64,000 nt of DNA from Pelomyxa schiedti (lineage: Eukaryota; Protista; Evosea): assembly GCA_020536535.1 (NCBI GenBank), contig JAHLWZ010000831.1, forward strand, positions 27,545-91,544. The letters are read 5' to 3'. The notes under the pieces were generated by a model. That model ran no database searches. It saw nothing but the letters and a program-made list of their open reading frames with translations, and was not told the DNA's origin. This document shows, piece by piece, positions 37,304 through 50,062 of this stretch. How positions within the stretch are numbered: the stretch's first letter is position 1; every line of letters starts with the position of its first letter. The translations under genes and the position numbers were made by a program.

Positions 37304-40290
37304 CTAGGTATGGTCGTTGTTATGTATTTTGCCAGCAAAGTCTTTTGAGACGTAGTATTGATCCAGGAGAGCCAGAATTGGGGTGTATTCTGGGAGTACA
37401 GCTTGGGAATTGTTGGGAAGTGACTCTGTTATTACGGCATGTGCGGTTGTGAAGTCACTGTTCTGCAGGAGGTGGCATATTTTGGATAGCTGCGTGGAAG
37501 TGTGCACTTGTTCTGGTGTGGCATTTTCGTACTCGCAGAGGAGGTGGTACACACCAATGCGTCTGTTGTTATAGCCTGGAACGATGATAACATCTAACCA
37601 AACACAGAGGTACCGCTTCTTTACTATTCTAAGAGAGTGTCAACCTCTGGAACCATGAATCGGTATGAGGAATACTTATACATGTCACCACTGATCAGAG
37701 GTGAGAGCTTGTATCGTTTCCCAGCTTGCTCCAGGCGAGCTGCGATGTTTACCGAGTTGCCGCAAACTGTACCACATGTAAATGAGCAAATACAAATCTA
37801 GTTTTTTACCTGTATAGTTCATTCTTTGTTCATACCCAATGTTACCAACTAGTACCTCCCCGCAGTGCAGACCAACGCGGTACTTCAACTAGATGGTCTG
37901 TGAGCATCAAAATTTGAGTTGAACACTAACTTGAGGATAGCCTGTTGGTAAAGACTTATTTAGGGATTCGATGGCATCTCTGAATCCAAGGACAGCACTG
38001 CAGGCACAGAAAGGATGGTCCGCGATAGGGTCAGGTGCTCCCCATATTGCCATGATGCAGTCACTAATTGAACCATGAGCAAACACCTTTCGTAAGGGAA
38101 AAAAAGAATACCCTATGTATTTGTCAATTGTCCCCTTGTTGGATACGATGACCTCAGAAAATCTGGCAAACCACTTACAAAGAACATCTGCTATTACTGT
38201 TTTTGGGTAGTTTTCTGACAGTTGTGAGAAGCCCTGATCGTTTTGGTAAGATGTCTATAGACTAAAGAACTTTACCTGCAGGTCACAAAACATAATGCTG
38301 AGATTTCCGGGCTCCATTGTCAAGTTAGATGCATCCGTTGAAGCAAGGATCTTCTGCACCAATGATCTTGGAACATACTTTGTCATTGCATTAATTCCTG
38401 TAAAAAGGTAAGTAAACGAACAGGAGTTACTTTACGCAGAATACCAGCGCTAAGTTTCTCAAATCTATCTGCTAGTTCATGGATTTCTTTAACTCTGGAC
38501 GCTTTGAGATGAGCAGTGAAATTAAGAGCAACAATGGATGTCATAGCTTGCTGCAATCTTTTCAGTGGCAGGGTGACCTAATGGACAGATTAAAATAAAG
38601 GTAAATGCGGAGTAAGGATCACCTGGTGAAGAGTGAGAGTAACTGACACCAGAACAGTAAAAGCTGTGAGTATGCAGCTTACAAGCACAAAGTGCCAATC
38701 AACATAATAGGCCGAGGGTTCTTGCACAACAACAATAATCCAGTTGAGACCTCTCCTGGAAATGGACTGAGCTGAAGCGAACACTGCCAAATTAAATTAC
38801 ACTCAGCAAAAAGTGTGAAGGCTTACATCGTGTGTCTATCCATTTGGCAAATTTTTCACTTGCAGCATTTTGCCAAGTTCCATAAACTCTACTGATATAG
38901 TTGCTAGTTCGTTTTACGTTCTTTTCTTTCACCTGCACTTTGGTTACTGGCTAAGTCCGGTGTCTTTGAAAATTTGTTACCATGCTCAAGGGCAATGGAA
39001 GGATCTGCCCAGTTGAATCAACCATTGTTGTGTTAATTGTTTCATCTGTGCATCCCCAAATATTCTCATCGCTGTCAATCAAAAAAATTTGACCCGGAGT
39101 ATCAAAATCCTACTGGAAATTATGATGGCGCGAGTACGGAAGAATTTAACCTTCAGAAGATTCATTGTGGCTTGAATGAAAATATCAACACCACTTACCC
39201 CCACAAAAGAGTTGTTTTGGAATGTGGCACAACTAAGAGTTTCCAGAACATTGCCATAGTAGAGGTATGGTGCCACCCAAGTACAGTAACCGACTAGGAT
39301 GAAGAAAAGAAATAAGGAAAGTAGGAAAATTGGGAAACTGGCTAACCCGTTTGTTGTACTGATGTATACCAAGGCCACTGCGTGCAATTATCCATAATGG
39401 CGTTATTTACACTAATTTCATTCCCTTGAATGTCAACGGCAATATCGTACTGAGTTCCATTATCGAAGAACCATTTTCCATGAGACTCCTATCTCAAAGA
39501 ATTGGACACGTCAATCAGAAAAGATGTACCTCAGCCCCGTAGTAAGAGTAGTACCCATAGACACCCTAAGGGAATGAATAAATAAGGTAGAAATATGAGG
39601 GGTACCCCAAATTTTGTACCCAGCCATATCGAAGAAGTGACATTAACACCCATTAACAGATCGTGAAAGCACTGCATCATGTAAGGAGGGGAATTGATGG
39701 ATAGAGACTGAATGGGTGGTGAGAAATTGAAACCAAGGAACAAAAACAGTACTTGAGATGAAAACATTTTTAGGACTCCACCAGCTAACGCCTCAGCATT
39801 ATATAGTACATTAGAGACAATGTTTTGTATCTCAGAGGCGGTAGCAAGAGCTTGCCGTTCAAAGGCATCTTGTAAACTGGAAGTATATGAAATATTATTC
39901 TGAAGCCTGTAAATCCGAGAAGATAAAGTTTGAGCAATGTACCATGATTATTGCTACAATAGTTGGTGCCCAGACGGCAAAAAACACCTAGATGGGAAAA
40001 AGAAAGAAACAAGTCAATAGGGAAAGGGGAAAAAGGGAAAAAAAGAGGGAGTCACCACAGAGAGAAGGAAGAAAAGGAGTGGACATCTGAAACACTTTAT
40101 CTTGTGTCTCTTGATTGCTTGCTCTTCAACAACAGCCTCGTCAAAAATTTTGTTTGTGGAGCCAAAGAACACAGATCCGGATCTTCCTCTACACCACAAA
40201 GCAAACAAAGATCTTAGTGCAACGACTACAACTAACGACAACAGACAACGCACAACGAAGCGGTTGTCTGCCTGCTCAGATTCATTTTTT
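37304..40290 (-). CDS. membrane class III adenylyl cyclase: TM, extracellular Cache-like region, TM, HAMP-like linker, cyclase; start uncertain
   Basis: LSIMFCDLQ|GFS, GTIDKYIG|DCIMAIWGAP, YRVGLHCGEVLVGNIGYEQRMNYT|VCGNSVNIAARLE; the K in IDKY suggests ATP specificity; WIIVVVQ followed by a TM helix. Confidence 0.88.
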
Positions 40291-40653
40291 TGTGTTTTGT
40301 GCTGTGGGTTTTTCGCTGTAGCCCAGCTTGGTTACTGAAACACGAGAAACAGTGAGGTTCACAACAAACGGCCGAGCTCGAAGTTCTGGGGAATCAACGA
40401 CGGGTGATTTCCTCGGGGTTGCCTTCTTAGTCAATGTGTGGATTTCCTGGAACGACACTTGGGATGCGAAAAAGTTTCTCTGGTTTTTAGATGAGGAAAA
40501 CCCTAAGCCCAACCTTCCCATGGTGTAGCCTTCCCAAACCTACAACCTACTGCGGCCAAGAGATGTACATTTCCATTTAATCTGTCAGAATCACATGGGT
40601 GCCCCCAACCCCTTACACCATCAGTCATCTCGAACTTTTCACCAAGTTGAGGT

Positions 40654-42480
40654 GTGAGGATGCCGTACGGGCAGTGCCTGTGCCGCGACTGTGACTGCCT
40701 TAGTTTCGATCCCGAGGTGCCCTCTCCCCGTCGTGGTGGCTCTTCCCTTGGCTCCTCGCGTGGTTGCATCTCGTGCCTTCCCTGCTGCTACTGCGGCCAT
40801 GTTGGCACCCAGCACTCCCTCGTTGTGGACAGGGTGGCCACCGCCGACGCCGATGCAACTGCGGCTGCCGCGCCACTGTCCCAGTCTCCCATAATTTCGG
40901 CGCCGCCGCCCGCCCTCTGGTCTTCCGTGCCCGAGGCTGGATCCCGTAGAGACCCGCGCGCAAGTACTACCAAGCCGCCCCATGGCTCTGTGACGAAGAC
41001 GCGCACCGCCGACCACGAGGGGGGTGGCGCCGCCGACTCTTCCCATAATGGCACATCGGGCGGTGGCGGTGGTTGCGACGACGAGGGTGCAGAGACAACA
41101 TATATTGGGAAGAGAATGCGGGATCAATCGGGTGATGGTGGTCAAAAGGGATTGTCTCCTCCAGTGATTAAACACAGAAGAGTTGAACAGGTGCCACTTA
41201 AATTCCTACTCTCTTTTCTTTCTTTTTTTTTTTTTTTTTGTTTTTGTCTTTATGTGACTTGAGCTTTACAGGGAGCAAATACTAGTTAGACTGTTGTTAC
41301 TTGGCTGTCACTGAAGTAAATGTGTATTCCATTGTAATACTACGGCAGTTCTTTCTTTCGTTCTTTTCTTCAACAAGTGAGCTCCCACAGTTGGTTCTGG
41401 AATTTTTCACATGTGTAACCATCCTCACTTGTGAGCGTACATCCACCTGTGAGATACACAGAGCCAGAATTCAACCCCGGTGCCATAAGTGCGCCTTGTA
41501 GACCTGTCTATGTGTGACCCAGATAGAACTTTTGAATAAGAAAACTTACTTGGAGGCTGTTGTGGAGTTTGCAAATTTTCCCACGTTTCCTTGTTTACGT
41601 GAAAGACCCATGTGTCATCAAGGAGTTGGCCATCACTGGATTGACCTGAATTTGTTTAAAACATGGGAAAGAACAGAGAAACTTTCACTGACCACCAAAA
41701 ACCACGATTTCAGTGAGGTCAAGAGTTGCTGTCATTGAGTGATGTGTGCGTGGCTTGAGTGGAGAGTCCATCTGGATCCATTTGAGTGAGTCTAAGTCCA
41801 GATTCCACATGTCATTGTAGAATGTATCCCCGCAATTTCCTCCGGAGATGTACATCTTACTTCCTATCTATTTGGGAGGGTTTTTCCATTGTGTGGTTGT
41901 GGGATGTGGTGGAGACAAACAATGGTAGCAGCGTGGCCCGTTCTTGGAGATGGAATCTCATCAGAGAGAAAAGTCAAATGTGCCCATTCACAGCTGGTAA
42001 GATTGAATGTATAGAAGTCGTTATTACATGGATCTGCCCCATCAGTTCCTCCAAAGGTATACAGTTTGCCCTATCATAACAATTAACTGTGTTAAGCATG
42101 TGAATAAAACATTATAGATAACGGCCGCGTGGTCTTTGCTGCAAGGACCGGAGCTGTCTATAGGCCACCAGTTGCGCATTGTTGGGCAGTATTTCTTCAC
42201 AGTATTGATTGGGATATCGGCTGTGTTGTTTTGAATGAGTCCACACAAATGGGATGAGCAGTACGAGCTGTCTTGTAGGCTCCGCCGTAAATCCACAGGT
42301 CTTCACCCTTCGGAACTCCAGCATGACCTGACCAAAGATATAAATGTAATTCAAAACTTTGTCAGAGGGTATCTGTCACTACAAACCAAACAGAGAAGAA
42401 TCAATAGGGGCGTCATCCAACCTGTTCCATTCGGCAGAGGCATACATATACACCCAAGTTTGCTTTGTAAAGCTTAGTTA
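40654..42480 (+). pseudogene. hypothetical gene with Cys-rich N-terminus; downstream part fragmented
   Basis: CLCRDCDC..CCYCGH first exon; the nearest acceptor leads to an early TAG; downstream frames are interrupted by stops with no clear introns. Confidence 0.3.
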
Positions 42481-43137
42481 TTATTCCCCCTCACTCCTAC
42501 AATGTTCGACCACTTTCCAGGTCACTTGGGCACCCGCACCCGCACGGACACAAAACATCAAGAATGGGCAACGCTACACACGGCCTACATTGGCAAGTGA
42601 GTCATCAGCCCCCAGTCCACCAAAAACAACGCACCCATCCAACGACGACTGCACCACGTGACCTCCTGCACTAAACTCTCTTCCTTCTGGCTCCGCTTCC
42701 CCCTGCGGTGTTCTCCGTAACACACCAACAAACAAAAAAAAAAACGCGTTGTTTTTTGGTATTGAGTACAAACCAGTGGCGTCCACGTGCAACCGCAAAC
42801 TGCACCCACCACCAACAAACACCACACAACAAAAACCGCCATGGCCCGTTTAGAACAAAGCGATCGCTAAAAGGGTAAGAAAAGAAAAGCTATCAGTTGC
42901 TTTCAAAAGGGAGATTTATAGATTTATTCAAATAAGATGCGACCCCAATTCTCTGCTTACCCTAAGCTTTATATCCATTGCCCACTGGGGGCAAAAAAAC
43001 TCTTAGAAGTGTCCGGAAAAGACATCTATCCAATAGACTTACCAATAGAAAGCTCTTAACCTAAAAGTCTAAGTCCGGATCTGAGCCTCAGGCTAGATCT
43101 GTTCGGTGAAAGGTTCTCGGGTCTGGCAGCAGACACC

Positions 43138-43833
43138 AAACTGTGGGTCGTGACGTGGGGCATTGTATTCGCATCCCAAAGCGGAGCTGTTTGCCCCCAT
43201 GACCGGTGATGCCGGATTTGCGACACCTGAAGAGGAAAAAAAAAGGTCTGCTTCCGCTACAATCACAGTCCAGCTTGAGACTTGGAGGAGCTGGGAGGCG
43301 CAAGGAATGGGATGAGAGTGCACGTGCATCTGAACGCAGAGGGCTTGAGCGCTTCCCTTCCTCCGGCTACTGAGTGATTGGGTGATCTGATGTTCGCGAA
43401 AAAAATGCTTTTTTCTTTCCTTTTCCCTGACCGAGACTCCTCGGGCTGCAAACTGTGATCTGTGACGTGGCTTGTTGTGATCGCGGGTACAAGAGGAGTA
43501 GTTTGCCCCCAAAGCCGGTGGTGCCGGATTTGCGACAGTCAAAGAGGAAAAAAATAATCCAGGTTTTCTGGAAAGTGGCCATCAGGGGGACAGTGTCTCC
43601 TGAAGCGGCGAGCCTTCCCCTTGTGTGCAGGCGACGATTACCTGCACGAGTGTTGTTTCCCAGGCCTGGGTTGGACTGAAGTGTGAGTGTAGGGGAAGCA
43701 TTGATGGGTGTTTAAGGGAAAAAAAAACATTTTTTTTTCTTCTTCTAGTGTCGCATATCCGGGAACACCGGTATAGGGGGCACACGACTGTACATTCTCT
43801 TGTCGCCACAACGGCCCACGTCACTACCCGCAG
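43138..43833. repeat. three copies of a ~105-bp non-coding element (43138-43244 +, 43450-43554 +, 43730-43833 -)
   Basis: Shared GTGACGTGG..TTGT...GT(T/G)TGCCCCC...CCGGTG.T.CCGGAT.TGCGACA...AAGA(G/A)GAAAAAAA. Confidence 0.85.
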
Positions 43834-44371
43834 GAAGGTGGTGAAAGAGGTACCTATCCGGCAAAGAAGAAAAAAAAACACACACCGACCTTCCCGTTTT
43901 GTATGTTTTTCTGGGAAGTCCTCGAGGAGGACAACCGCCAAAAAATGTTTGCCCCCAGCGTCCACTGTTGAGTCCGGAGCCCAATTTTGCCTAAAGTGGG
44001 GAATGGATAGACGCTTAGAAAAGATGAAAAGAAAAGAGGAATTGGGATTTTACGTGCCTAGTTTTCAGACACGATTTAAGTAACGTTAATACGCCACTTA
44101 AATCTTGGGAAAAAGGGGTTTATAAGGAATGGACGCAGGGGAATGGTGTCAAAGGGCTGACGTAATGACAGGTGACAAACGGGCTTAGATTTTCTGTCCA
44201 AATATTTAGCTCACCTCGCCACAAGATTGCATACAATTAAGTATGAAGTTGTCAATGCCGGTCATCCAAAGAAGCCGTCTCCGATGTTGATGTGCTGGTG
44301 TGTCAATGGAACCTCTATTACAAAGCTAAAGATTGAGTGACTGAGCCCAAAAAAACTTTTCTAACCGAAAA

Positions 44372-45507
44372 ATGAGCGGTAGTGCAAGAGGTCTCGCTCT
44401 GCTGTTTGTGTTTGTCAGTGCGTGCGTCGGGCTTAGCCGCATCAACCCGACGTACTCAATCGTTCCCGGCGGGCTCCTGGTTCCCAACGAGTGCACCCAC
44501 CAGCTCGCCGACCACGAGGCCGGCGCGTCCCTCGTGGAGCGAGTCGTCGACGGCGTCAAGGTGCTGGACGTGGTCTCGCCCCAGGGGACTCTGCTCAGGT
44601 CCATTGAGCCCTGCCCTCGTCAGATCTACACCCACGGCTCCGCGTGGACAGCTTGGTCTGAGTATTTGGTGTGTTTCCTCCCATAACTCTGCTTCCGATT
44701 AATGATGTATTGGCACTTTGTATTCCTGCATAAAAAAAACAACAACAACAAAAAAAAAAAAAAAATAAACAACGAGACAATTTACAACAATTAAAACTTG
44801 TATTAATTACAACATTTGAGGTTGAATGGTACTTACACTCTAAAATAGGTTCCAACAACATTTACCAACTTCACAAGTGACTGGGTTGTGCCACCAAACC
44901 CAGCCAAGGCAACTGCTGCTGAAATTCTGTATCTGTGGAACGGAGTTGAGCCTGAGGATAACTCGGCCGTTCTCCAGCCTGTTCTTCAGTGGGGAACCAC
45001 ACCCGCAGGAGGCAAGCTGCATTTCTTTCCTGACTTCCTATTAACATCTTCTACAGGCGGTCAGTACTGGGCTCTGGCTTGCTGGTATGTCTCTTCACTA
45101 CACGGCACTGTTACAAGCAAGTTGTTCAAGACAACAGCTGGTAATACCATTCGCGGTGTGATGGCCGATAACTCCGGTACATGGGATGTAATTGGCACTG
45201 ACCTCCAAACTGGATCAACTGAATCCATCCACTACACACCAACCGGGTGGAAAGGAAACAACTGGGTCTATGAAGTTCTGGAAGCGTAAGTTCTCCAAGA
45301 TTTACTAAAAAAAAAAACCCAAACCTCTACAGGTACTATACCAAGTGTAACGGCTACCCTGCCGAGCCGTGCTCATTCACGAATATTGCTCTAGTTCCCG
45401 AAACACCCATTTCCTGGGCAGCACAGACACAAAACCCAACCTGCGGGGAATATGCGGAAATAGTGTCTGAAGAAAATGTAATCATCCACTTCTCCAAGGA
45501 TGTGTAA
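44372..45507 (+). CDS. secreted glutamic-peptidase-like (clan GA/G1-like, concanavalin fold) protein
   Basis: Signal peptide, propeptide PGGLLVPNEC; WVVPPNP, LYLWNG, VLQPVLQWG..AGGGQYW..ACWY, EVLEA|Y. Confidence 0.6.
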
Positions 45508-45747
45508 CACCTGCTATTCCATTCCTGGTCAAACCCCAAATCATTTATATTATTGAATGGAAACACTTCTTTTTTTTCCCTTCTTTTTGCAGAACAACAA
45601 AGAAAAGAAATAGGGGAAAAAAAAAACAACAGTGTTCCTGATGATGGTTTGGGATGGATTTCGTGTGCAAAATGCAGTGTGGATTTGAGCTCATGTGGGT
45701 TGGTGTAGTGCCATGAATAACAGAAAAGCAGAGTGCCAACAGTCAAA

Positions 45748-46477
45748 TCACCGGCGTGCTGGTGGACGTCCTCCTCTTCCTCTGCCACGTGTGCGTCCTC
45801 TTCCTCTGGTGGCTGTGTGTAGTAGAAAGAAAGAAAATTAGTGAAGAGGAAACGGAATGGGAAAAAACATTACAATTCAATAAATAAAAGCCATGAAACG
45901 TAAGAAATTAAAATTGAGAGATAATAACTAAATTGCCAGTAGGTAAAGGGAGGAAAAATACCAACTTCGCGGGTCTTGGTCTTTGGTTTGGGAGTATCAT
46001 CAACAAGTAGTGTGTCAAGGTTTAGTGAATCAGGTAAAATGAAATAGCGAATGTTGTTGCCCCTTATAGCAAGGCTCTCCAAGTTGACTGGATTTTTGCC
46101 CTTGAGGGTCATTTTCACGGTCTTTAAGTGGGTATTCATGCTGACATCAACGCCAGCAACTGTGCCGTGAACAATCGTGCCATTTTTGAGCTCGATGGTC
46201 ACGGTCTCGTTCGTGAGCCTCATGAGGAAGCTAATATATTTGAATCGCAGGTCAATAGACGGTCAAATTCAATGAACTCCCCCACATTTTCAAATCCAAC
46301 CCACACAACTCTTAACTGCAACGCACTGTCCCACGTTCCAATTATTATTTCCCCCGTTGCAACGAAATTATGGTACGAAGAAAAAAAAAAAGGTGCCGTT
46401 TGGGGGCGTTTTAGGCAGCACAGACGCAACAACAAACACTTAAAAAAAAAGTACGATACACACCGGACCAACTTCAT
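45748..46477 (-). CDS. SNRPD1: small nuclear ribonucleoprotein Sm D1
   Basis: MKLVR|[24 protein letters not shown]...[26 protein letters not shown]-repeat tail. Confidence 0.97.
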
Positions 46478-46916
46478 CTTTGCGGTGTATCACCTTGCGT
46501 CTTGTCTTTGTTGTTATCTCGTCGAAAATGAAAAATTCCTCTTACAGTTGCTGCAGGGAGATCCAGACTGAGGGACCCCGTCTTCGGATCCATACAGCAC
46601 CCCTTGTGCACACTGGTCCTCACCCCTTGGCTCCCAGTCCACAGCCAAAGGGCTGCAGTCGTCCGACGATCAAATTTTTTTATCTGTTCAAATCAAGTTG
46701 GTTTTTTCGTAAAATAATTTCCCAGCGAGGACGATGTGGTAGCGGGCGCCGCTTTCGGCAAATCGCGCTCTTCGGAGATATCTTTTTTTGGCACTCCGGG
46801 GGATTTATATTGCCGCGGCTCATTCAAGGTTCATTTTTTTTAAAAAACCCAACAAGCAAACTAGCACTACTTTCCTCTTACTGCGGGTCGCACTTTGCAG
46901 TTTTTACTGACTAGAA

Positions 46917-48271
46917 ATGAAGGCTTTGACGTTGGTTTACCTTGTCGCGGTAATCGCAGCTGGTGCGTCGTGCTTGCGGTCTCGAAAAGAGGTTAACGAT
47001 GAATTCGACCACCTCGCCTCTTTGCAAGATCTTACGTGGACCCCTGCGCTCACGAGGTTTGTTCTCCTTTTCGTTGTTGATTTCTTATATTTCGGCTTCT
47101 ATTTCACTCTCTAGTGTTTGTGTTACTATTACTGTGTTACGCTATTAACAATCGCGCAGGGAGGCAGACCTCGACAGCGATGAGCTGGGTCTTATGCCGG
47201 TGGATATCTTGGACCAATGGAACGACAATCACCCAGAACATCAGCTGGTATCTCGCAATGTTACTGATGGCGATGAAGAGTGCGTCGTCGTGGAGCTTGA
47301 TTCACAGTATACTCGCCGCTCTACACGTGGAGTCCGTGGCACTTCGTACAGAATTGCGGATACGCCAGTAAAGAATCAAGGTAACTGCGGTTGCTGTTAC
47401 GCTTTTGGTACATGCGCGGCCTACGAAACTTGGTATCTATCACACCATAGCGGAACTATTCTTAATCTTAGGTATGCCTCTTTAACTTTCCGCTATTCTC
47501 ACTTTCACCAACAGTGAACAAATGCTACTTACAACAGCACTGCAAATTGGACCTTCTGGTGGCTGTTCTGGATGGTAACAGACTCTTCCCAGCCTCAATT
47601 CATATTTTCTAGGTTCCTTGACTCCTCAATGAACCTGATGCTTCACTATGGCGTCACAGATGAATCTTGTTGCCCCTACAGAGCAAACGAGTACCCTTGC
47701 CCAAGCTCGTGCACTCGTACCAGAAAGGTAGGCGAAATGCCAAGGAAGTGTCTTAACATCCATTGCAGATTGCCAGCTACGCATACACTAAAAATCCAAA
47801 CTCGATGAAAACTGCCCTTCAGCAAGGGGTATCACAGTTTTTCTACTTTTCACCGTAATAACGACACAAAGGGAGCATTGCTTGTTGCATATGCTGTCTA
47901 TTCCGATTTCATGTACTACAGTTCGGGAATTTACACGCACACGTCCGGAAGTTTGCAGGGTTACCACGCGGTATCACCGGCTTGCTTTGACAAAATTCCA
48001 CTGACTTTTTGAAGGTGGCCATTGTTGGATATGATGACAATGCCCAGTGCTGGATAGTCAAGTATTGATTCTACTATACTCACAGTACAACAATTAACCA
48101 TCTCCCAGAAACTCCTGGGGCTCCAACTGGGGAGAGAACGGCTACTTCAGGATTGCTTACAGCCAGGTAACATACTCTCATCCCATTTGGTGATATTCAC
48201 TCTGTGTGCAGATGTACAATGACGTTCAATTTGCCACTTGCTTTGGCGGTGCCTACTGGGTTGCGTCTTGA
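46917..48271 (+). CDS. papain-family (C1A) cysteine protease
   Basis: Signal peptide; PVKNQGNCGCCYAF, NL|SEQ, GYHA|VAIVGY, WIVK|NSWGSNWGENGYFRI. Confidence 0.93.
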
Positions 48272-48509
48272 CTCCCGTAAATTGGAGTAAACAGCAAACA
48301 AACAAAACAAAAAGAACTTTCCCAGTGTGAATTTGAAAACCAAGCTTTTTTTTTCCTTTGTTGCCAAGCTCGGCTCGTGAAGAGCCATATCCTAAAAAGT
48401 CAGTCCTTGTTGTTCGTGCATTCTTACCCAGAAAACGTTCAGTACAAAAACAGTCTCATCGGATTTCCGAACAACACGAAAAAAAAAAACACACAAACAC
48501 AAGCACGCG

Positions 48510-49365
48510 ATGCAGCCACAAACGCAAGGGTGCCCACACTACCCACAATGCGGCCCGATGAATAATGGGCCATGCTGGAGGGCGGCAATGGGAATGATGG
48601 GAGCAACAGTAGGAATCGCCACGGGTGTGCGCTAAATTTTAATACAAAATACACAACACTCTAGGGTTATTTACTAGTGGCACCACACTTATTTTTTCGT
48701 ATGGTTAATGGGGGAAAAAGGAATTGCCACAGGGAATGTTACAGGGGCAATGCAGGCTACTGGTGGAATGCTCAATTACGCAATGCAGGGTGCCTACAAT
48801 GCCTACACGGCCCCAGGGCAGCCGGGTTCGATGGGTTTGTTCTTTACTTCTATTATAACTCCTCTTTTCAAAATCCACAAAATCCATTATTATCTTCTGT
48901 CGCAGTTAGTTATCTTTTAGAGTTCATATCTTGACTGTTTGTTATTTAGGGTACCCAATGGCCTACGGAACTCAGCCGGTGTACGTCCAGCAGCCAGTGA
49001 TGTACCAACCAGTGGCAGTTCCTATTCCAGTAGCAGTTGCCGTGACTCCTCCTACGTAAGTGAGGGTTTTGCTTTTATGCATTTATTGTGATTTGACAAT
49101 GCTTGCTCCCAGTTTGTTTCTGATAACACTCACAGGCCCCAAGTGAAAGGCTCTTGCCACTCCACCAGTTGCCTATTCTTCATGAAGGAGTAAGTCACCC
49201 CACACCCCAGATTCCCAAAGTTCCTTATTCTTCTTCATCTTTCTCCAATTCAGGGTCACAATACCCCATACACATGACATGTCATGTAACCAAGTTTCCT
49301 GCCACATGTTCATGAAGAACGGTTGCCCACAGCACAGTTTCCGCGAGACTCAGAATGCACCATAA
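48510..49365 (+). CDS. small Gly/Met/Pro/Tyr-rich protein with Cys/His C-terminal repeats
   Basis: 5 exons splice in frame: MQPQTQGCPHYPQCGP...SCHSTSCLFFMKE|GHNTPYTHDMSCNQVSCHMFMKNGCPQHSF. Confidence 0.6.
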
Positions 49366-49482
49366 TCCCTCCATTGTCTTCACTATTCCCTGTCCCCCCT
49401 TGGTGGAATTCCCACCAGGAGACTACCACATTCCCATCACCTTGTCACAAGTGAAAAGAACAAAAATTTTTTCATAATTAAA

Positions 49483-49967
49483 ATGCCGTTCGTAACAATT
49501 GATTACTTCCAAGACCCAAGGGTCAATAAGCGAGCACTACAACTAGCCGTCGCCACCCAAGTTCTAAATGTTCTGCATGTACCTCAGTCCTCAATACGGT
49601 AGTATCGAACCCAACTCACAATTCATAGTACCTAGTGTAATAAGCACTTAACGAATTTCAAAGCGTTTTCCTGCGTCCTTTTAATGGCGACGACGCTTTT
49701 GGATTTGACCCAGCCTGGTGCTGCCTGCTTCCCATAATCCGCATCGAGTACCTTCGTAGAGGTCGCAGCACGGAACAGATGCAGGCCCTCGTGTCGGCAG
49801 TTACGTCATCCGTGGCCTCTGCCCTGTTGATTCCAGACACCCAGGTAAGGACAATTCTGTACCCCAAGGACGATGATGAATGGGCAATGGGAACAACCCT
49901 CAAATCCCTCGTGTCGCCCCCAACACAACAACCTCCTCCCGAAGCCACAAAGCCCTCATCATCTTAA
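49483..49967 (+). CDS. tautomerase-superfamily protein with two fused 4-OT-like units
   Basis: N-terminal M-P (catalytic Pro1) FVTIDY...SIR|VFL; second unit PIIRIEY..GRSTEQMQALVSAVT..V...L.IP...VR.IL...EWAMG; one intron. Confidence 0.8.
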
Positions 49968-50062
49968 TTTCTTGAAAAAGAACAACAAAAAAAGAGGCGT
50001 GGCGTGATTCTTCATGTTTTCTTCACCTTTTTTTTCTTGGTTCACGAGAGTGGCTCTCACGC

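Noticed and set aside
46233-46463. Unusually long SmD1 intron as a possible snoRNA host
   Set aside because: No paired C/D boxes or clear H/ACA structure visible by eye
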